A stretch of DNA of 64,000 bases from Octopus sinensis (lineage: Eukaryota), in NCBI RefSeq assembly GCF_006345805.1, contig NC_043002.1, positions 28,272,001-28,336,000 on the forward strand, read 5' to 3'. Each line of letters starts with the position of its first letter. The first letter of the stretch is position 1. Shown here in pieces: positions 58,381-64,000 of this stretch. The notes beneath the pieces are model-generated. The model worked only from the letters and a program-made list of their open reading frames with translations, was not told where the DNA came from and made no database searches. The position numbers and the translations under genes are program-made.

Positions 58381-59009
58381 TTATTTAATAATGATTTCTT
58401 TATTAATAATAATAATATTTGATGAAGATGATTATGATGACGGTGATGATGATGATGATAACAGCCATAATGACAGCAATGGCGTTAATAATTGTTGTGA
58501 TGTGAGAATGATATCGCTGCTTCCTTTCCCTACAGCAAAATATCCTCTCACCACCACCACTTCCACCGCCTCCACCAACAATTTACCACCATATTTGTTT
58601 TCGCTTTACATTTCCGTTGACAAGAATTTCCATTTTAATTTTTATCATAATTCATTTCGCTTCTTTTGCTATTTCAGTTTATTTGATATTTGATTTCTCC
58701 TTCCTCTACCACTCTCCCTCCCTCTCTCTCCATCACTCCCTTCACATCCCTCTCTGTTTGTCTCCCTCTCTTTCTCCCTCCTTATTGTTATTTTATAATA
58801 TTTTTCGCGCATTGGCGTTAAATGTTTAATGATAGCGTAAATTAAAATCTCGTGAACAATTTGATAAACACTTGAATGGGGCAAAGGACATGACATGGTG
58901 GAGATGCGGGGGTGATGTGGGGCGGTGCAGAGGAATAAAATCAACAAACTATCAAAGAAATAACGAAAAATAACTAAATATTATCTAAATTATTTCTGAT
59001 ATAGTCACA

Positions 59010-59055
59010 AGGCCAGAAATGTAGTTAGAAGGGTTATTTGAACATATATATATAT

Positions 59056-59111
<56 letters not shown>

Positions 59112-60400
59112 TACATATATGGAACCCCGTACTTGACGGGTATTTATTTTATTGACGGCAAAATGATGGAAGGTAAAGTTGCGGTGGAATTTTGAAAACA
59201 GGACTTGATGAGACGGAAGAAATAAGCAAGGCCTTCTTTTCTGAAGCTTTATCGATTTTGTTAGCTGATCAAAGAAGAAGAAGAAGAAGAAGAAGAAGAA
59301 GAAGAAGAAGAAGAAGAAGAAGAAGAAGAAGAAGAAGAAGAAGAAGAAGAAGAAGAAGGAGAATAAGAAGAAGAAGAAGAAGAAGAACAACAACAACAAC
59401 AGCAACAACAAGGTACAGTCACGTGAATTTCTATGGTTTTACCCTCCGTTTATGTTGCACCCTCATGCCCACATCTGTTCACGTACGGAGACATACACAC
59501 TCAGACATAGTTAGATAGATAGATAGATAGATAGATATTTAGATAGATATCAAAATATGAACTCACACGCATGCACCCACATGATACATATATCAAATGG
59601 CTGCACATACAAGAATATATGTACTTATGATGCGTATGTACATGCATTTAATATATGTCGGTGCGTATATTAATATTAATTTCAAATTCGGGTACAAGAG
59701 CAACAATTTTAAAGGTAGAAATACTTCATTGATATTTTATCTGATCGCCACTTGAAGGATGAAATTCAAATTTGATTTCGACGGAATTTGAACATGGAAC
59801 GTAACGAACCAGATCAAATATCGCAAAATATTTTTACTGACGCTCTATTCTGCCAATCCATCATCCTTTACGGCCCACCTAATAATAGTGGTTTTAAATT
59901 TTGGCACAAGAACTGCAATCTTAAGACTTCAGCTCAATTCAGACATCTATGTGAAACTGCTAAAGATTGCGATCAACCCGCGGCTGGACAGGCCATATGT
60001 GTGGCAGCAGAGATCGACTCCTTACCATACGTCGGGAAAGAGTCAGAAGTGGTTGTCGGATGAGTCGATTATTTCGAATTCCAGTGAGTAACTGGTAGTT
60101 ATTTTATAGACCTTGAAAGGATGAAAGGCAAATCCCTCTAAGCATTTTATCCTCAGTGCTAATGATCCTGTCAGCTCACCACCCCGTAGTGGTTTCAAAT
60201 TTTGGTACAAGACATGCAGTTTTAGGGAAGGGTTTTTAGTCGATTTCAGTACTTGACTAGGGGCTACTTGACTGTGACTACTTGAAAGGAAGTACTTAAC
60301 TGGACGTGATATGAAATTAGGATGTAAAGAGTCGGAACAAATATCGCGAAGCATTTTCACCGACGGTTTAACGATTCCACTAATCTGCCACCTTCACAAC
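59010..60400 (-). mobile_element. Cluster of degenerate SINE family B copies
   Basis: Repeated gcggtggaattttgaa / gacggaatttgaac / gaaaggatgaaaggcaaa cores at ~59180, ~59780, ~60115 and ~60300. Confidence 0.7.
59921..60062 (+). pseudogene. Tc1/mariner transposase internal fragment
   Basis: LQLNSDIYVKLLKIAINPRLDRPYVWQQRSTPYHTSGKSQKWLS matches the WQQD-x-A-P-x-H catalytic-region motif; homologous to 63530-63700. Confidence 0.75.
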
Positions 60401-60673
60401 TCGCCTAACAATAATAAAAACAACAACAATAGTACTAGCACTTGCAGGTAATTTTTTAAAATACGATAACAATAAAAAAGAAAACTAAATAAATGCAGGT
60501 ATAACAAACAAAACCACGAAAAAATACAAAGTATAAATAAACGAAAATCAAAATATAATTCAAAAAATGATGTTACAAATTAAAGAAAGCCAAATTTTTT
60601 AATCAATTTTCTATTTTTCAAAATGTTGATGTCATTGTGCTGTTGTTGTTGTTGTTGTTGTCGTCGTTATTGT

Positions 60674-60704
<31 letters not shown>

Positions 60705-61299
60705 ACATCCATTTTAGTGTTTAATTATTGAAATGTGTTAATTTCTCTTTTTCCTCTAAACCCTCTGCATCTTCCTTTCCCTTCATTCACACCCCCTATT
60801 TATCATTTGTGTTCTACTCCGTCCATCTCTCTCTTTTCCACTATCCCTTCTCTCTCCTTCTCTCGCCCCCTCACTTCTCCCTATCTCTCCCCCTCTCCCC
60901 CTCTCACTCTCACTCCTTTCTCTATATATATATCACCTTCTCTTTCTCATTTTCTTTCTGTTTTGTCTCTCTTTCTCCCTCCCTCTTTCTCCCTCTCTCT
61001 TTCTCCCTCTCTCTCTCTCTCACTCCCTCTTTCTCGCCAGTACACGCTGCCCAAAGTCTGCAATAACATCATACTTCATGGAATGTGCCAGAACGTTCCT
61101 CTGATGTCTTGCTAGAATCGGTTTAAGAAGAAACCGTGTAACATATAAGAACATTCCGAAAAAATGCTTGAGGAAAATTTATATTCACACACACACACTT
61201 GAGCGCGTAAGCGCTCAAAAAAACACACACACACATACACACACACACACACCTACACACACAGACGCATACTTGCATACACACACCCAGGGAAATATA

Positions 61300-61349
<50 letters not shown>

Positions 61350-61681
61350 TAGATAGATAGATATAGATATAGATATATACACACACGCACTCATACACAC
61401 ATAAATGTATAGATACATAGATATATACATAGATACTTACATATATGCATATATATATGTACATATATGTATATATATGTATATATATGTACATATATAT
61501 ACATGTACATATATGTATATATATGTATATATATGTATATATATATACGCATACATATATATGTACATGCATATATATATATGTGAATATATATATATAT
61601 ATACACACACATATATATATACATACGTACATACATTGATAGAAAGATAGATAGATAGACAGACAGACAGACACACAGACT

Positions 61682-61729
<48 letters not shown>

Positions 61730-61740
61730 GATAGATATAC
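61300..61740. repeat. (TA)n/(TAGA)n/(TATG)n compound microsatellite
   Basis: Direct inspection. Confidence 0.9.
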
Positions 61741-62683
61741 ATTTATGTTTCTGTGTGTATAATGTGTGCATATGCAAATATAGTTATCAGTATATTTATA
61801 TATGTGAAAAAACTAGATATAAGGTATACGCACTCACTTTCACACACACACGAAGACACATTTATATAGATGTGTCCATGTTACTGTGTGCCTTTGTGCG
61901 CATGCTTCTTTCATAAGACCTTTAATCGGTTTCGTTTAATATCAAAGTAGAATATTTTTACAAAATATACTTGTTTGTGGGGGGTGGGGTGTATGTGTAA
62001 TGGGTGTGTGTGAGAGAGAGAAAGGAAAAGTGAAATGGAGATATAGAGTCTGTGTGTGTGTGTGCATACGTGTATGCATATGTGTGTACACGTGTGTATA
62101 TGATAAGGCTTGATTTTTCTTTCGGTATTTTCATTTCGATTACCATATATGACTGCTGCTGTGGTTGCTACCGTTGCTGCTACTGCTGTTGCTGCTGCTG
62201 CATTGCACGTTGCATAAGTTAACACCTGTAAACTGCTCACTTTCTAATAAAGATAAGTGTGAAACTTGATGGACAAAAGCACATCAAATAAGATCAGTAT
62301 ATGTGTTAACAGTTCTTAGGTGTGAAGAACACACCCCCGCTTGTCAAGTTTGCCCGGTCAACTGCAAAATATATTTTTCAAGCTTTAAAAATAAATAAAG
62401 ACAAATAGATAAAAGAGAAAAATATTTCTTCTAAACTTGAAAATAAAATAAAATCTTCATTGTATACATTTCTGGTGAAAATCTTTCAATAGAATACCAC
62501 GGTTTTCTGTCGGTGTCGACGAGGAATCTTCAGTGTTGAATTGTTCGATGCACTAAACAACCTATGCGGAATAATGTGAAAGTGGCTGAATGTTCCGCAA
62601 ACACATGAATCCTTTACGTAAATCACAGGTTGAATCAACGAGAAGAAATGCGAAAATACTGGACCCTAGTAACCAATATTACA

Positions 62684-62916
62684 TATTTCTTTATTACCCA
62701 CAAGGGGCTAAACACAGAGGGGACAAACAAGGACAGACATAGGTATGAAGTCGATTACATCGACCCCAGTGCGTAACTGGTACTTAATTTATCGACCCCG
62801 AAAGGATGAAAGGCAAAGTCGACCTCGGCGGAATTTGAACTCACAACGTAACGCAGACGAAATACCGCTAAGCATTTCGCACGGCGTGCTAACGTTTCTG
62901 CCAGCTCGCCGCCTTA
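62684..62916 (-). mobile_element. Full-length young SINE family B with 14-bp target-site duplication
   Basis: taaccaatattaca at 62670-62683 and 62917-62930; intact A/B-box head. Confidence 0.95.
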
Positions 62917-63529
62917 TAACCAATATTACAGGTTCGAATACAGTCCATCTGACCGGATGCCACTCAATTTCCCACTGTATGTCTGTATTTCATTTCATGC
63001 ATTTTATTGTATGTCTTCTTTTCAATAAAAATATTACAACCAAGCTATAATCGTGTAGACATAGTCTAATATGGAAAAGAAACTATAAAAATAAATTACA
63101 ATTATATCAGATGTGACGAGAATTGACTGACGAATGGAAGCTATTACTACCTCCTAGATCTAGGATAACCTAATGCACACGTTGTTCTGGCTAAATTTGA
63201 GGATTTTTCTCTCTCCTTTCTTCAGAAACAGCTTGGTGTATTGGTTAGCAGTCAACTTTGTTGGAGAGCATAAAGATTTAAGTTGTAGTTGAGAAACAGT
63301 TTGCTGAGGTGGAGGACTGGAAGCCATCTTGATATCAGTACAGAGTTACGTGTGTCATAATGTTTCGCTTCGAGTATCAAAATGCCGACGTCGTGACTGC
63401 CGCTGATGCTCTGTGAAAACTATAAAAGATTAAGATGTAACACGGAGAGTTACATCGGATACTACGAAGCTATGGTCAGTAGAAAGGGACCCAGCAGGCG
63501 TTCAGACTGCATCCGCACACCTTAATTCA

Positions 63530-63915
63530 ACTCCACATCTTAGGCTACACTGATACGGCTATACGAAGATACTGGAAATTGTGGCCCATATCTAGCTAGA
63601 GAGGCTGTATAAGTGGCGGCAGAAAATGTCTCCTTACCATACCGCCTGAAAGAGTTAGAAGTGGCTGTCGGAGAATTTCTGTGACTCCACCAGCCTCAAC
63701 TTTTGGCCTTGTAATTCCCCCTATTGTAATCCTTACTATGTGTAGAGCGCGGTAACAAAGACGCCAGGCTCTCAACCTGCAACTACAATGTTGAGCTGGT
63801 TGTCAAAACCAAAGAGGTGATCGAAGATCTTCCAAGGACACAGTGAAGAAAGCATGCGCCAGGTTCCAGACCCATCTTGAGGCCGTAGTGGAAAGAGGTT
63901 GGGTACCTTGAGTAA
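63530..63915 (+). pseudogene. Tc1/mariner-type transposase C-terminal remnant (probably extends upstream)
   Basis: YTKILEIV, KWLSENFCD, NFWPCNSPYCNP..YYV (WPxxSPDxNP-like), TVKKACARFQTHLEAVVE...GYLE stop at 63915. Confidence 0.8.
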
Positions 63916-64000
63916 ATTGTTATCTCTCAGCCATAATCTAGTTCATATTTTTTTTATTTTTTAAATACTTTTATTTTTGGATGGAATATTTTGTTTTCTT

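Noticed and set aside
62684-62916. A/B-box sequences as tRNA genes
   Set aside because: No cloverleaf or acceptor stem; they are heads of multi-copy SINEs with TSDs.

Overview
Eukaryotic, AT-rich, repeat-dominated genomic DNA. The SINE families resemble those I recognise from Octopus genomes, so the taxon is an inference. No intact host protein-coding gene, rRNA, tRNA gene or CRISPR array can be supported. Most ORFs in the supplied track are translation artefacts of (TA)n, (CA)n, (TATG)n, (AAT)n and (GAT)n microsatellites. The real coding content is retroelement-derived. There are nine R4/Dong-clade (restriction-like endonuclease) non-LTR retrotransposon copies from about five subfamilies: two near full length (~20.55-24.5 kb, ~51.5-55.6 kb) and seven 5'-truncated. 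All nine lie on the + strand, every 3' end joins an (AAT)n tract, and between 15 and 28 kb they form head-to-tail trains. Interleaved with them is a ~550-bp non-coding repeat with the same orientation and (AAT)n flanks, a candidate non-autonomous partner. Also present: many tRNA-derived SINEs (some multimeric, two with clear target-site duplications), three Tx1/L1-like ORF2 3' remnants, an ORF1-like CCHC zinc-knuckle pseudogene, two Tc1/mariner transposase remnants, and three near-perfect tandem duplications each bounded by (AAT)n. The best candidate for an interesting system is this self-reinforcing (AAT)n-targeted retroelement community. Dong targeting of TAA repeats is known; the trains, the partner element and the duplications are the parts worth checking. 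Caveat: irregular microsatellites and homopolymer frameshifts suggest indel errors in the assembly.
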